From contig CM075995.1 of assembly GCA_038087875.1 (NCBI GenBank), positions 2,916,001 through 2,980,000 on the forward strand: a stretch of DNA of 64,000 nucleotides. Direction: 5' to 3'. Within the stretch, counting starts at the first letter, position 1. The number at the start of each line of letters is the position of its first letter. Under the pieces are notes generated by a model. The model saw only the letters and a program-made list of their open reading frames with translations, did no database searches and had not been told where the DNA came from. Below, in pieces: positions 24,549 through 38,310 of this stretch. Made by a program: the position numbers and the translations under genes. The stretch is from Malacoraja senta. Lineage: Eukaryota.

Positions 24549-26918
24549 AATTTTGTGATAATTTTGTTTTGAGCGAGTGAGATCTTGGCCACAGTGGCAC
24601 GGTGCACCAAGATGACTGGAGACTGGGCTTCTGCACAGATATGTGGTACAGATGCACTCAAACCACACACACAGCTATCGACAGCTGGTGCATATGTTTT
24701 TCCTCAGCTTCTCATCCCTCTCAATCCTCCCCATCTTTTTGATGGTTAGGGTTGCTGCCTGACAGCGCCAGAGACCCGGGTTCGATCCTAACTACAGTTG
24801 CTGTCTGTACGCTGCTTGTAAGTTCTCCCCCGTGACCTTGTGGGTTTTCCCCAGGTGCTCCGGTTTCTTCCACACTCCACGGACATGCAGATTTGTAGGT
24901 TAATTGGCTTCGGGAAAAAATTGTAAATGGTCCCGAGTGGGTGTAGGATAGTTCGAGTGTGCGGGGATCGCTGGTTGACGTGGTCTCGATGGGCCAAACG
25001 TCCTGTTTCCGTGCTGTATCTCTAAACTTAAATCTCAGTTTAACTTAAATTTCAGCGGAAACAGGCCCCTCGACCCACCGAGTCTGAGCGGACCATCGAC
25101 CCCCGCACACTAACACCATCCTACGTACTAGGGACAATTTACAACTATACCAAGCCACTCAGCCTACAAACCTCTGCGTCTTTGGAACTGTGGGAGGAAC
25201 TGGAGAAAACCCACGCAGGTCACGGGGAGAACGTACAAACTCCGTACATACAAGCACCCGCAGTCAGGATCGAAGTTGGGTCTCTGGCGCTGTGAGGCAG
25301 CAACGCAACCGCTGCGCCCCGTGCAGCCCAGTTTGGGGAGGGGAATATATTTCATCTGTGGTGGCGCAGTCTCGCATTTAGGGGCAGCACGATGGCGCAG
25401 CCATCTTTGCCATCATTTCACACCCAGCCCATCCCTTTCTTTGGCCTCAAAAGGTGGACATTTTGAGCAGCTCGGATGGTTGACCTGTCTCAACAATTAT
25501 TCTTGAAAAAATTAAATTATTGCAGAAGCCAGCAATCCGAAACAACAATAGAGATGCGATGAGAGGCGGGAACTCTGCTGACAATTTGGTTGAGCAAGAA
25601 TCATTGAGGCAGCACCACGTCATATTCGCCACAGGAGATCCTTCTTCCCTGTGTCTATCAAAATGTACCAACCCTCCCCTTTCACTTAGTATGGCTGAAT
25701 GGTAACTCAGATTTCACTGTACCTTAATTGGTACACGTGACAATAAACTGACCTTGAAACCTTGAAAACTTCTGCCGTGCAGTGGACAGAGACTGACTCC
25801 CCTCCCCTCCCCCCCCCCCCCCCCCCCCAATCTTTGCACATCCCCAATCCTTTCCACTTGTCACTTTAATTTCATGTTTCATGTATTTTGTGTTTTTAAT
25901 GACTGTTGGCAGATCAATTTCCCTCCTGGGATAAATAAAGTTCTATCGTATCGTATAGTAAATTCTCTTGCGCCCCTTGTTGGATAAAGTACACCATCAG
26001 CAATAATGGAGTCCTCGCTACATTACTTTATTTACTGTGATAATGTAGATCAATGAACTCTGCGTCACCAATTAATAAACCAACATACAGTTCAAGTGCT
26101 AAAGAGATGGTTTTTATAATCAATGGCCCGGAGAACCTGAAGATTATCACCCCTGGCAAACAGAGTGCTTCAAGTGCTGGGGAATGAATAGCTACTGATT
26201 ATGCTATTTAACGCTATTTGCCCCCTTCATTCCCAGAAATGCTTGCCTTTATTCCAGCGAATAACGCGAATAACCTTCAATGCAAGATAAAGTCCAGTAA
26301 AGTCCAATCAAAGTTAGTCCGGGGGTTCTCCAATGAGGTAGATAGTCATTCAGGACTGCTCCCTGAATCAGACAACTGAGCAGTGCTGAACTACTATCTA
26401 CCATTTTGGTGACCCTCTGACTATCCTTGATCGGACTTTGCTGGCTTTACCTTGCACTAAACTTTATTCCCTTATCATGTATCTATACACTGTAAATGGC
26501 TCGATGGTAATCATGTATTGTCTTTCCGCTGACTGGATAGCACGCATCAAAAGCTTTTCACTGTACCTCGGTACACGTGACAATAAACTAAACTAGTTGT
26601 TGGTAGGATGGTTCAGTTGCCTGATAACAGCTGGGAAGAAACTGTCCCTAGATCTGGAGGTGTGCATTTTCATACTTCTGTGCCTTTTGCTCGATGGGGG
26701 AGGGGAGAAGAGGGAGTGGCCAGGGTGCGACTCATCCTTGATTATGCTGCTGGCTTTTGCTAAATGACTATATGTGCTATATGACTGCTAACGGAATCAA
26801 GGCATCTGGGGAGAAAGCAGAAACGGGGTACTGATTTTGGATGATTAGCCATGATCATAGTGAATGGCGGTGCTGGCTCGAAGGGGCCGAATGGCCTACT
26901 CCTGCACCTATTTTCTAT

Positions 26919-27118
26919 NNNNNNNNNNNNNNNNNNNNNNNNNNNNNNNNNNNNNNNNNNNNNNNNNNNNNNNNNNNNNNNNNNNNNNNNNNNNNNNNNN
27001 NNNNNNNNNNNNNNNNNNNNNNNNNNNNNNNNNNNNNNNNNNNNNNNNNNNNNNNNNNNNNNNNNNNNNNNNNNNNNNNNNNNNNNNNNNNNNNNNNNNN
27101 NNNNNNNNNNNNNNNNNN
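26919..27118. other. Assembly gap (200 N)
   Basis: Run of N. Confidence 1.
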
Positions 27119-27279
27119 TATTTGAAATAAGATACTCTTTGGGCTTCTTGAGTCAGAGACTGAATATTCTGGAGGATAACTTGGAGCCAGGCAAAACCAC
27201 ATTTGGGCAAGAGAGCATGCATGTTAGTTTAAAAAAAAAGTAATAACATTGGCTGTACAGTGGTAGATCTGGTGCCTCA

Positions 27280-27682
27280 CAGACAATAGACAATAGGTGC
27301 AGGAGTACGCCATACGGCCCTTCGAGCTAGCACCGCCATTCAATGTGGTCATGGCCGATCATCCACAATCAGTACCCTATCCCTGCCTTCTCCCCATAAC
27401 CCTTGACTCCGCTATTTTTAAGAGCTCTGTCTAGCTCTCTCTTGAAAGCATCCAGTGAATTGGCCTCCACTGCCTTCTGAGGCAGAGATTTCCACAGACT
27501 CACAACTCTCTGTGTGAAAACATTTTTCCTCATCAACGTTCTAAATGGCTTACCCCTTATTCTTAAACTGTGACTCCTGGTTCTGGACTCCCCCAACATC
27601 GGGATCATGTTTCCTGCCTCTAGCGTGTCCAAACCCTTAATAATCTTATATGTTTCAATAAGATACCCTCTCATCCTTCTCA
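27280..27682 (-). mobile_element. CR1 LINE 3' fragment
   Basis: ORF 27369-27686 RRMRGYLIETYKI...AFKRELD. Confidence 0.9.
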
Positions 27683-28509
27683 TCATGAGAGACTCAGATT
27701 CTATCGTGACGTCCCTAGTATGGTGGTGAATCTGTGGAATTCTTTGCCACAGAGGGCTGTGGATGCAAAGTCAGTGGATATATTTAAGGTAGAGCTAGAT
27801 AGATTCTTGCTTAGTACGGGTGTCAGAGGTTATGGGGAGAAGGCAGCAGAATGGGGTTAGGAGGAAGAGATAGATCAGCCATGATTGAATGGTGGAGTAG
27901 ACTTGATGGGCCGAATGGCCTAATTCAACTATCACTCATGATCTTATGATCTTATGACCTTGGGTGTTGGCTGTACGGAGTTTGCACGTTCTATCTGTGA
28001 CCACGTGGGTTTCCTCCAGGTGCTCCGGTTTCCTCCCACATCCCTACAGACATGCCTCTGTAAATTGCACATAGTATGTAGGGAGTGGATGTGAAGATGG
28101 GATAACATGAACTAGTATGAAAACAGGTGATCGATGGTCAGTGGTCGATGCAATGGGCTGAAGGGCCTGTTTCCGTGCTGTGTTGCTAAACTATACTAAG
28201 TAAGGTAAACTAAACTAAACTAAACTAATCTAGACTGATGCATATGTTTGAGTGAAATGAATCTGATCGCAACTGTTGCTCGAAATGTTCACTTACTATG
28301 AAATGAAGCATTTCAAATTCATTTCTAACCGTACCTTACCAATAATTTGTTCAAAGCAACTTGATGAGATTGAAGAAATGCATATGCTAAATGAATAATT
28401 AGATGATTTTGGCTACATTGACGTATGAAACCATCTGTTGTGTTAGTAGCCTGTTGGTTTGTTGGTCAACACCATAAGGTCATAAGTTCTTATGGTGCCA
28501 GTTAGATCA

Positions 28510-28920
28510 CTGGAATTTAAAAGGAAGTGAGGGGATCTTATAGAAACATATACAATTATTAAGGGATTGGTCAGGCTAGATGCAGGAAACATGTTCCCCA
28601 TGTTGGGGGAGTCCAGAACCAGAGGTCACAGTTTAAGAATAAAAGGTAGGCCATTTAGGACTGAGATGAGGAAAAACGTTTTCACCCAGAGAGTTGTGAA
28701 TCTGTGGAATTCTCTGCCACAGCAGGCAGTGGAGGCCAATTCATTGGATGTTTTCAAGAGAGAGTTAGATTTAGCTCTTAGGGTTAAGGGAATCAAGGGA
28801 TATGGGGAGAAAGCAGGAACGGGGTACTGATTTTGGATGATAAGCCATGATCATATTGAATGGCAGTGCTGGCTCGAAGGGCCGAATGGCCTACTCCAGC
28901 ACCTATGTTTCTATGTTTCA
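28510..28920 (+). mobile_element. CR1 LINE 3' fragment
   Basis: ORF 28567-28830 plus 3' UTR. Confidence 0.9.
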
Positions 28921-29556
28921 TAAGTGATAGGAGCTGAATTAGGCCATTCGGCCCATCATGTCTGCTCCACCATTCAATATGGCTGAACTATCTCTCCCTC
29001 CTAATCCCATTCTCTTGCTTTTTCGCCATAACCCCTGACACCCGACATATACGAGTGATCAATGCCAATCCGAGTTAGCACCTTTGGTGATAGATGGGAC
29101 AAGGCATTAGCACAAAGTCAGGAGCAGAGGATGTTTTTTCTCTCTATTCAAGCTATCATGATTGGAGATAGAGACAAAAAGCTGGAGTAACTCAGCGGGA
29201 CAGGCAGCATCTCTGGAGAGAAGGAATGGGTGACGTTTCGGGTCGAGACCCTTCTTCAGACGGAGTCTGGGAAGGAAGTGGAGCAGCAGGAATAGGAAGG
29301 AGAAATGGATGGAGGAGGCGGAGGAGGAGGAGAAGAGAACAAGTGATATTCATTCGGAACTGGTGAGAGAGAGCAGAACACAACTGTGCCCTTAGTCAAA
29401 GGTGCATGAGCAGGATCTCTGATGAAGGAGAAATATCCACATTTGAGTTGTGAAAGGCCTGGACAGAGTGGATGCAGAGAGGATGAGAGAGTCTAGGTGA
29501 GAGAGTCTAGGACCAGAGGTCGTAGACTCCAAATATAAGGAGTTTACCTTTACCAA

Positions 29557-29895
29557 CACAATCAGTACCCCATTCCTGCCTTCTCGTCATATCTCCTGAC
29601 TCTGCTATCTTTAAGAGCTCTATCTAACCCGTCTCTTGAAAGCATCCAGAGAATTGGCCTCCACTGCCTTCTGAGGCAGAGAATTCCACAAACTCTCTGG
29701 GTGAAAAAGTTTTTGTCCTCATCTCCGTTCTAAATGGCCTACCCCTTATTCTTAAATTGTGGCCTCTGGTTCTGGACTCCCCCAACATCGGGAACATGTT
29801 TCCTGCCTCTAGCGTGTCCAAACCCTTAATAATCTCATATATTTCAATAAGATCCCCTCTCATTCTTCTAAACTCCAGAATATACAAGTCCAGCC
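29557..29895 (-). mobile_element. CR1 LINE 3' fragment
   Basis: ORF 29624-29950 LEFRRMRGDLIEIY...TRGHNL. Confidence 0.9.
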
Positions 29896-30334
29896 GCTGT
29901 GTGCAGGGTATACGGGGCGATCGCTGATCGGCACGGACTCGATGGGCCAAAGGGCCTGTTTCTGCGCTGTATCTCTGAAGTCTAAAGTCTAAAGTAAAGG
30001 CAGAAAGATGTGTTATTGGTTTTGAACCCAGTCCAGCCTGGCGGGATGAAAGGATGCTTTGTATGGTAACTGCTCACTCAACCTAGACCCTGGTACAGGC
30101 ACAACCCACTGCACTCAGTTTGGCAAACCTTCAAAGAGCCCATGAGGATGGCACATGTGGGGAAATGGAAATGTCACCCCACACTCTGCAAATTCAGCCC
30201 CTCTGTGAATCAGATTAAGGCCATGTGGTTTCAACAGGAGACAGAGCTGACTTCATGTTTAACTAAAACTGTACAAGATTCCCGCATGCTTGAGATAAAC
30301 ACTGGTGTTTGGGTTAGAGTTTAGAGATATGTTA

Positions 30335-30760
30335 CGATAGGATAGAACTTTATTCATCCCAGGAGGAAAATTGATCTGCCAACAGTCATAAAACGCAGAT
30401 TCCGTGAAACATGAAATTAAAGTGACGATTGGAAAGGATTAGGGAGGTGGAAAGATTGGGGAGGAAGGGTGGGGGGGAGGGAAGGGGCGGAGAGGGAGTC
30501 AGTCTACCCCACCGCAGAAGGGGGAGGAGTTGTACAGTTTGACAGCCACGGGGAAGAAGGATCACCTGTGGCGTTCTGTGCTGCATCTTGGTGGAACCAG
30601 TCTGTTGCTGAAGGTGCTCCTCAGGTTGACCATGGAGGGGGTGAACTGTATTGTTCAAGATGCTCCACAGTTTGAGGAGCATCCTCCCCTCCAAGTCCAC
30701 CCCAGGACGGAGCCAGCCTTCCTGATGAGTTTGTTAATCCTATTGGCGTCCGCGGCCGCA
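30335..30760 (-). mobile_element. Rex1/Babar LINE 3' fragment
   Basis: KLIRKAGSVLG...HPLH coding with 3' UTR ending GAATAAAGTTCTATC; same UTR at 13560-13790(-) and 25790-25950(+). Confidence 0.65.
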
Positions 30761-30861
30761 GTGCGGAGACAGGTCCTTCAGCCCACCGAGTCCGAGCTGA
30801 GTTACTCCAGCACTTTGTGTCTATCTTTGGTATAAACCTGCACATGCAGTTCCTTTCTACA

Positions 30862-31495
30862 CATCATGGATTTGAGTATAGGAGCAGGGAGGTTCTACTG
30901 CAGTTGTACAGGGCCTTGGTGAGACCACACCTGGAGTATTGCGTACAGTTTTGGTCTCCTAATCTGAGGAAAGACATTCTTGCCATAGAGGGAGTACAGA
31001 GAAGGTTCACCAGACTGATTCCTGGGATGGCAGGACTTTCATATGAAGAAAGACTGGATAGACTCGGCTTGTACTCGCTAGAATCTAGAAGATTGAGGGG
31101 GGATTTTATAGAAACTTACAAAATTCTTAAGGGGTTGGACAGGCTAGATGCAGGAAGATTGTTCCCGATGTTGGGGAAGTCCAGAACAAGGGGTCACAGT
31201 TTAAGGATAAGGGGGAAGTCTTTTAGGACCGAGATGAAAAAAAAAAATTTCACCCAGAGAGTGGTGAATCTGTGGAATTCTCTGCCACCGAAGGTAGTTG
31301 AGGCCAGTTCATTGGCTATATTTAAGAGGGAGTTAGATGTGGCCCTTGTGGCTAAAGGGATCAGGGGTTATGGAGAGAAGACAGGTACAGGATACTGTTG
31401 GATGATCAGCCATGATCATATTGAAAGGCGGTGCAGGCTCGAAGGGCCGAATGGCCTACTCCTGCACCTATTTTCTATGTTTCTATGTTTCTATG
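30862..31495 (+). mobile_element. CR1 LINE 3' fragment with uninterrupted ORF2 C-terminus
   Basis: ORF 30817-31530 [31 protein letters not shown]...IFKRELD; (TTTCTATG)n tail. Confidence 0.95.
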
Positions 31496-33334
31496 GAGAA
31501 GTGTTTCGAAGTGTTCTTAAATTTCCATGAAAATAATGCAACATCTACTGCGAATTGGCTGCAAATTTCTGGCAGGTGATCGATCAGGATGGAGAAGGGG
31601 CATCTAGGAAGGTACTGAGTCCATTCCTTCTCTCTACGACGTCAGCACAGTGAGATGTGTGAACCATGGACAGAATGCACACTGCTTGCTCCATCAAGTT
31701 CCTCCTGGGTTAGAGTCTTTGATGTATAAATATTGATTCATCTAATCTTAAGTAACCCTTGCATTCCCTCTTTCTCCTCACCCCCCCCCCCCCCTCCCTC
31801 CCCCCTCCAAGACCCCCCCCCCCCTCGCCCCAGTTATCCTGCTAGTTTCACTGTTCATATCCCTTCGTTATCACCTCTTACCTCTTCCAAAGCCAACAAT
31901 GGACCATTGTGGGCTCCACCTTTCCTGGGTCGTGAGTGCCGGCTCTGACTGGTTCTGTACCTTTTCAAACCTCCAGTTTCCCTCCCCCCAGATCCTCAGT
32001 CTGAGGAAGGGTCTCGACCCGAAACGTCACCGATTTCCTTTCTCGAGAGACGCTGCCTGACCAGTTAGAGTTACTCCAGTACATCATGTCTATCTTCATA
32101 TCCTTTGTTGGCATCCTCAGTCAATTTAAAACCCATGGTGCTGGAGTAGACACCAGTCATACTTGGCCTCAAGAGACCATCTGTGAAGCAGACTGGTCAT
32201 AACCTTCGGCGTGTAGTACATCCACGTTGTTGCTGAGCCAAATGACATTTGGTCAGCAGGAAAACAAAATGAAATAAAAACAGAACTTGCTGGAAATACT
32301 CAGCAGATACTGGCCCAGCTGAATATTACCAGCACTTTATGACTTAATTTGAGATCCCATGTGCCATTTAGTTTAGCTTAGTTTAGTCTAGTTTAGAAAC
32401 ATGCCCTTCGACTCACCGAGTCCGCACCGACCAGCGATCCTCACACACTGACACTATCCTGCACACACTAGGGACAATTTTACATATACACCAAGCAAGT
32501 TAACCGAGAAACCTGTACGTCTTTGGAGTGTGGGAGGAAACCGGCGATCTTGGAGCAAACAAAAGCAGTCGCGGGGAGAACGTACACACTCCGTACAGAC
32601 AAGCACCCGTTGTCGGGATCGAACCCGGGTCTCTGACGCTGTAAGAGCTGTAACACAGCAACTCTGCCGCTGCGCCACCATGTCGCTGTTAGGGTTTAGC
32701 ACTTTGTCTCATATAAGGGACACAGGCAGCCTGAGGTGCAGCCTCCTGCGTCAGAAGTCAAGGGCGTTTATGAATTGCGCTTCTTAATTCTTTGAGTTGG
32801 TAGGCACAAAAAGTAGTTCATCTTTGGATTGGTTGACCTTTGAACTTGAATCCGTGGGTAGTGCTGGAGGAAGTTTAAATAAAATGCATTGATAGCTTCC
32901 TTAGTCTTGAGTGATTTGACTTCTCCAGATGTGATCATAAACAGGCGTGGGACCATTGAGGATATTGAATCTTCAGTCATTTTAAACCATCCAGATGCTA
33001 ACTCATAAAATGTTGCAAATGCTACTTTGAGGCTGCTGGATGTCAATTTTAACTGGTATTCGAAGACGGAGAATGATGTAACCATGATTGGTGAATCTGT
33101 GGAATTCATTGCCACGGACGGCTGTCGAGGCCAAGTCAATGGATATTTTTAAGGCGCAGATTTACAGATTCTTGATTAGTAGGGTTAGATAGGTTATGGG
33201 GAGAAGGCAGGAGAATGGGGTTGTGAGGGAAAGATAGATCAGCCATGATTGAATGGCAGCGTAGACCTGATGGGCCGAACGGCCTAATTCTGCTCCTAAA
33301 ACCTATGAACTTATGAACTTGAACCATGGGCGCA

Positions 33335-33650
33335 GCACCGGTGGCGAGCGGTAGAGATGGCGCCTCACATATTGCCAGAGACCTGGGTTCGATCCTGACT
33401 ACGGGTGCTGTCTGTACGGAGTTTGTACATTCTCCCCGTGACTTGCGTGGGTTTTTTCCGGGATCTCCAGTTTCCTCCCACACTCCAAAGATGTGCAGAA
33501 CGGTAGGTTAATTGGCTTGGCAAAATTGTAAATCGTCCCTTGTGTGTGCAGTATAATGCTAGTGTGTGGGGATCGCTGGTCGGCGCGGACTCGGTGGGCC
33601 TGGGCCTGTTTCTAGGCTGTATCTCTAAACTAAACTAAACTAAACTAAAG
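33335..33650 (+). mobile_element. V-SINE (HE1-like)
   Basis: tRNA head, V-domain, (TAAAC)n tail; further copies at 32370-32680(-), 37680-38105, 38745-39020(-), 40480-40730(-), 42955-43245(+), 46105-46410(+). Confidence 0.85.
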
Positions 33651-35939
33651 ACTGTATTCATCATGCTTACTATCTTGTTAAAAATGATTTAAACATACTG
33701 TTTCACCTCTGGACTAAACGTGAAAATTCAAAACAGAGCTAATCAAAATGGGTGAAATCCAGAGATTGATGAACATGAGGCTTAGGCTTTAGTCACCTGC
33801 AAGCTTCACAACAAAGGGAGTTAAGAACTATCATGGTTTTCAGATGTGAGAATTTACTTGATTGCAGGAGCCTGTGAGATCGATCTTATTTTCATCATTG
33901 TGATAAATAAGTTACGAGCTTGCACGTTTCTGACTTGTTATTTCTCAAATCTATAAGACATTTTGTTGGGCTGCATTTAGAGTATTGCATGCAGTTCTGA
34001 TCGCCCTATTGCAGCAAGGATGTGGAGGCTTTGGAAAGGGGTGCAGGGGAGGTTTACCAGAATGCTGCCTGGATTAGAACATTTCAGCCACAAGGAGATG
34101 TTGGGTAGGCACAAAATGCTGGAGTCACTCAGCGGGACAGGCAGCATCTCTGGAGAGAAGGAATGGGTGACGTTTCGGTTTGGGACCCTTCTTCATAGAC
34201 TTGGATTGCTTACTCTGGAACTTCAGAGGTGCCTTGATCGAAGAATGTAAGATCATGAGAGGCATAGATAGGGTGGACAGTCAGAACCTTTATCCCAAGC
34301 TGGACAATGGCCAACACTCGAGGGCTTAGCTATAAGGTGAGAGGGTGGAGAGATAAATGGAGATGTGCGTGGCAGGTGTTTTTACACAGAGAGTAGCAGG
34401 GACTGGGAAAGCATTGCCGGGAGTGGTGATAGAAGCAGATATGATAGTGGCATTTTAGAGGCCTTTAGATAGGCATATGGAAGTGTAAGGTGAAGAGGGA
34501 TACGGATTGTGTGTAGGCAGATGAGATCAGTTTAACTTTGCATCATGTTCAGCATAAACATTGTCGGCCGAAGGGCCTGTTCCTGGCCTGTCCTGTTTTG
34601 TGTTCTATGTCACATCAATAAGAATTAATTTCAGCCATTTATGTTGGTTATACTGGAGATATGTAGTGACTACTGTCTGGAAGAGATATCAGCAGCATGT
34701 GCGTGCAGTGCCAGTGTCATTTCATGAATAGGGTTCACATCCTTCTGCCATACTGTGAGCTATGTTTTGAGTTCATTCTTAGGGTGGAGGTATTGCTGAC
34801 AAAACTAGCATTCATTGCTTACTTCTGGGCTCTCTGGCAATATGTTATTGGGCCTTTTTATGAATAGCTACAGTGCATGTGGCAAGGCATTCACATAGTA
34901 ATTGACCCAAAATGCTGGAGTAACTCAGCGGGACAGGCAGCATCTCTGGAGCGAAGGAATGGGTGAGGTTTTTGGTCGAGACTCTTCTTCCGACTGATGT
35001 TTGGTAGTAATTTCTAAGTAATGTTTGGTCATGACCCAGTGGCCATGGTATAACATTGATGATTATACATGTCGGTATGTAATCGCGTCTAGTCTTATCG
35101 TTGGCTAGATAGCACACAAACAAAAGCTCTTCACTGTACCTCGGTACTTGTGACAATAATAAAGTAAACTAAAGAAAATAATTATTAACCCTTGTACCGA
35201 GGTACAAGATTAGCTACAATGTATTCTGTTGTTAGCAATTTGGAATAGCCTGCAGCTATTATGGAGTGGAAATTTCTGAAATAATTTATTTTCAGTCTGG
35301 ATAATAGTGTCTTTCTTATCCTCTGGAAGCACCAAAGTGCGTAAAAGCCGAGTGGTTAGTGCTTTCATTCAATCATTCATTTATTCATCATTGTTGAAAA
35401 CATTAGTGACGCAGTGGTGCTGGTTTCCGACAGGAACGGTGACGGACGCACCACACATCTCTGTTCTCCAGTTCCTGCGGATTTCCGCCGCTGGAAGTAT
35501 AGGATTTTGGTGTGTGTGCTTTATCATCATTCCTTACAATGCTATGTACGACAGTGATCGCAACTTCTACTGAAGTGTGGATGGCCGTCGGTTCGTCAGG
35601 AGCTCATCCGCCCTTTCACAGGTCTTGTTTTTGGTCCTTCTGGGGGTGCACAGCCCCCTCCTCACCTGGCAAACCAGGTGGGGGAGACGGTTTAGTCGCC
35701 GACTATCCGACCATGGAGCAGGTAGCAAGGGGTTACATGGTAGCACGGGATTAAATAGTACCCGTGTTGGGGGGAGATCCCCTCGACCTGACCTTAGTGC
35801 TACATTGAAGAAATAATGTGAAGAAAGGAAATCTTGTCAGATTATAAAACTCGCTTATGACTTCAAACTACTTGAGCAGGTTGGCATTCAGAGGGATCCA
35901 GCGAATGGATTGAAAGGAAAGTAAATTTAGTTTTAGTTT

Positions 35940-35940
<1 letters not shown>

Positions 35941-35974
<34 letters not shown>

Positions 35975-37135
35975 GAGTAAGTTTATTGGCCAAGTATTCA
36001 CATACAAGGAATTTGCCTTGGTGCTCCGCCCACAAGTAACAACATGACATACAGTGACAGTTACGAATGACTCAGAAAACACTAAACATTAATAATAATA
36101 AAACATTAATGATAAAACACCATTGATCAAGCATGTGAACCAACAAAATACCAGATCAAAGGGAGGCTACAGATTTTTGGCTGTTGAGTAGAGCAACTAC
36201 TTGTGGATCAAAACTGTTTTTATGTCTGGCTGTGGCAGCTTTGACAATCCGGAGTCGCCTTCCAGAGGGAAGTGATTCAAATAGTTTATTGCCAGGGTAA
36301 GAGGGGTCAGAGATGATCTTGCCCGCTCGCTTCCTGGCCCTTGCAGTGTACAGTTCGTCAATGGAGGGAAGGTTGCAGCCAATAACCTTCTCAGCTGATC
36401 GGACGATTCGCTGGAGCCTCCAGGTGTCGTGCTTGGTGGCTGAGCCAAACCAGACAATGATGGAGAAGGTGAGAACAGACTCTACGATGGCCGTGTAGAA
36501 TTGGACCATCATTGCCTGTGGCAGATTCTGCATCCTCAGCTGCCACAGGAAGTACATCCTCTGTTGTGCCTTTTTGACTGTGGAGTCGATGGTAGCCCCC
36601 CACTTAAGGTCCTTGGAGATGATGATTCCCAGGAACTTAAAAGACTCCACAGATGTGACTGTTGTGTTGTTGATGGTGAGTGGGGTGAGGGGAGGGGGGG
36701 CTCTCCTAAAGTCTACAATCAATTCCACTGTCTTAAGAGCATTGAGGTCTAGGTTGTTGCTACGGCACCAGGATGTCAGCTGTGACACTTCCTGTCTGTA
36801 GGCAGATTCCTCCCCATCCTGGTTCAGTCCAATCAGGGTTGTGTCGTCCGCAAACTTGAGAAGCTTGACAGAGGTGTCTGTGGAGGTGCAGTCGTTGGTG
36901 TAGAGAGAGTAGAGGAGAGGAGAGAGTACGCAGCCTTGCGTTGCTCCTATGCTGAGTGTTTGCGGGTCCGAGATGTGCTTTCCCAGCCTCACATGCTGCT
37001 TCCTGTCTGTCAGGAAGCTGGTGATCCACCGACAGAGGGGTTCAGGCACAGTCAACTCGGAAAGTTTGGAGTGTAGTAGCTCTGGCACAATGGTATTGAA
37101 TGCAGAGCTAAAATCAACAAAGTTGATAAACATAA
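35941..37135 (-). mobile_element. Rex1/Babar LINE, 5'-truncated, reverse transcriptase frame open
   Basis: ORF 36156-37154: FVDFSSAFNTI, QGCVLSPLLYSLYTNDC, KFADDTTLIGL, KTVELIVDFRR, KKAQQRMYFL; (TTAC)n tail at 35941-35980. Confidence 0.93.
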
Positions 37136-38149
37136 GCAGAGCTAAAATCAACAAAGTTGATAAACATGTACAAGAAGTTTAGAGATACACCGCGGAAACA
37201 AGCCCTTCGACCCACCAAGTTCACACCGACCATCATCAGAATCATCAAGCAGGGAACACGCCAAGCAAACAATTCTTTGACATTAAAATCCTTTGTTGCT
37301 CTTCTTATAATGTTAGTAAATTTGTTTTAAATGTTCTAGGCATACTTAATTGACCAACGGAGATATCAATTCAATTCAATTGGATTGCCTGAACCGGCAC
37401 AATAGAAATATTATCCAGAGATGCTTCGTTATCTCAGTAACTATATGTATAACATTGAATGATATTGAGCAGTCCAAACTGAGATGTTATAGTGACATTC
37501 TTCACTAGTAACAAGTTAGCCAGTTCCAATCTGGTACAATAGTCCATGGTCCTTATCTAATAATCCACCCAGCTTTTTAGACTTTAGACTTTCGAGTCTG
37601 AAGAAGGATCACCCATTCCTTCTCTCCAGAGATGCTGCCTGGTCCACTGAGTTACTCCAGCATTTTATGTCTATCTTAGACTTTAGAGATACAGTGTGGA
37701 AAAAGGCCCATCGGCCCATCGAGTCCATGCCGATCAGCGATCACCCCGTACACCAGCACTATCCTACACACCAGGGACAATTTACAATTTTTACTGAAGC
37801 CAATTAACCTACAAACATGTACGTCTTTGGAGTGTGGGAGGAAACCTGGAGCGCTCGGAGAAAACCCACGCGGTCACGGAGAATGTACAAATTTTGTGAC
37901 CCGCGTGGGTTTTCTCCGAGATCTTCGGTTTCCTCCCGCACTCCAAACACGTACCATGTCTGCATGGCTTGGTATAAGTGCAAATTGTCCCATGTGTGTG
38001 TGTGTGTGTGTGTGTGGGATAATGTCAGTGTGCGGGGGTTGCTGGTCGGCGCGGACCCGGTGGGCCGAAGGGCCTGTTTCCGCGCTGTATCTCTAAACTA
38101 AAACTAAACTAAGATGGTGATATAAACTAAATTAACCTTCCTTTCAAAT

Positions 38150-38310
38150 CCATTCGCTGGATCCCTCTGACTGCCAACCACCTGCTCACGTAGCTTGAAG
38201 CCATCAGCGGGTTTTATAATCTGACAAGAAGTGTCTTCTTTCGCATTATTTATGAAGCATGCAAACAGCGGGTAACCCAGAACAGATCCCTGAAGAACTC
38301 CGATAATCAT
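38150..38310 (-). mobile_element. Ancient, highly decayed CR1 reverse transcriptase fragment
   Basis: GVLQGSVLGYPLFACFINN...IIKPADGFKL resembles [17 protein letters not shown]...KFADDTKL. Confidence 0.6.

Noticed and set aside
25990..26270. Possible conserved non-coding enhancer (AT-rich with TAAT/ATTA motifs; also 13900-14300)
   Set aside because: Cannot be supported without cross-species alignment; such motifs are expected by chance
26841..27243. ORFs spanning N runs (also 58229-59120)
   Set aside because: Artefacts of the 200-N assembly gaps
32768..33139. 123-aa minus-strand ORF in partly unique sequence
   Set aside because: Starts in antisense CR1, has no recognisable domain and no convincing splice sites
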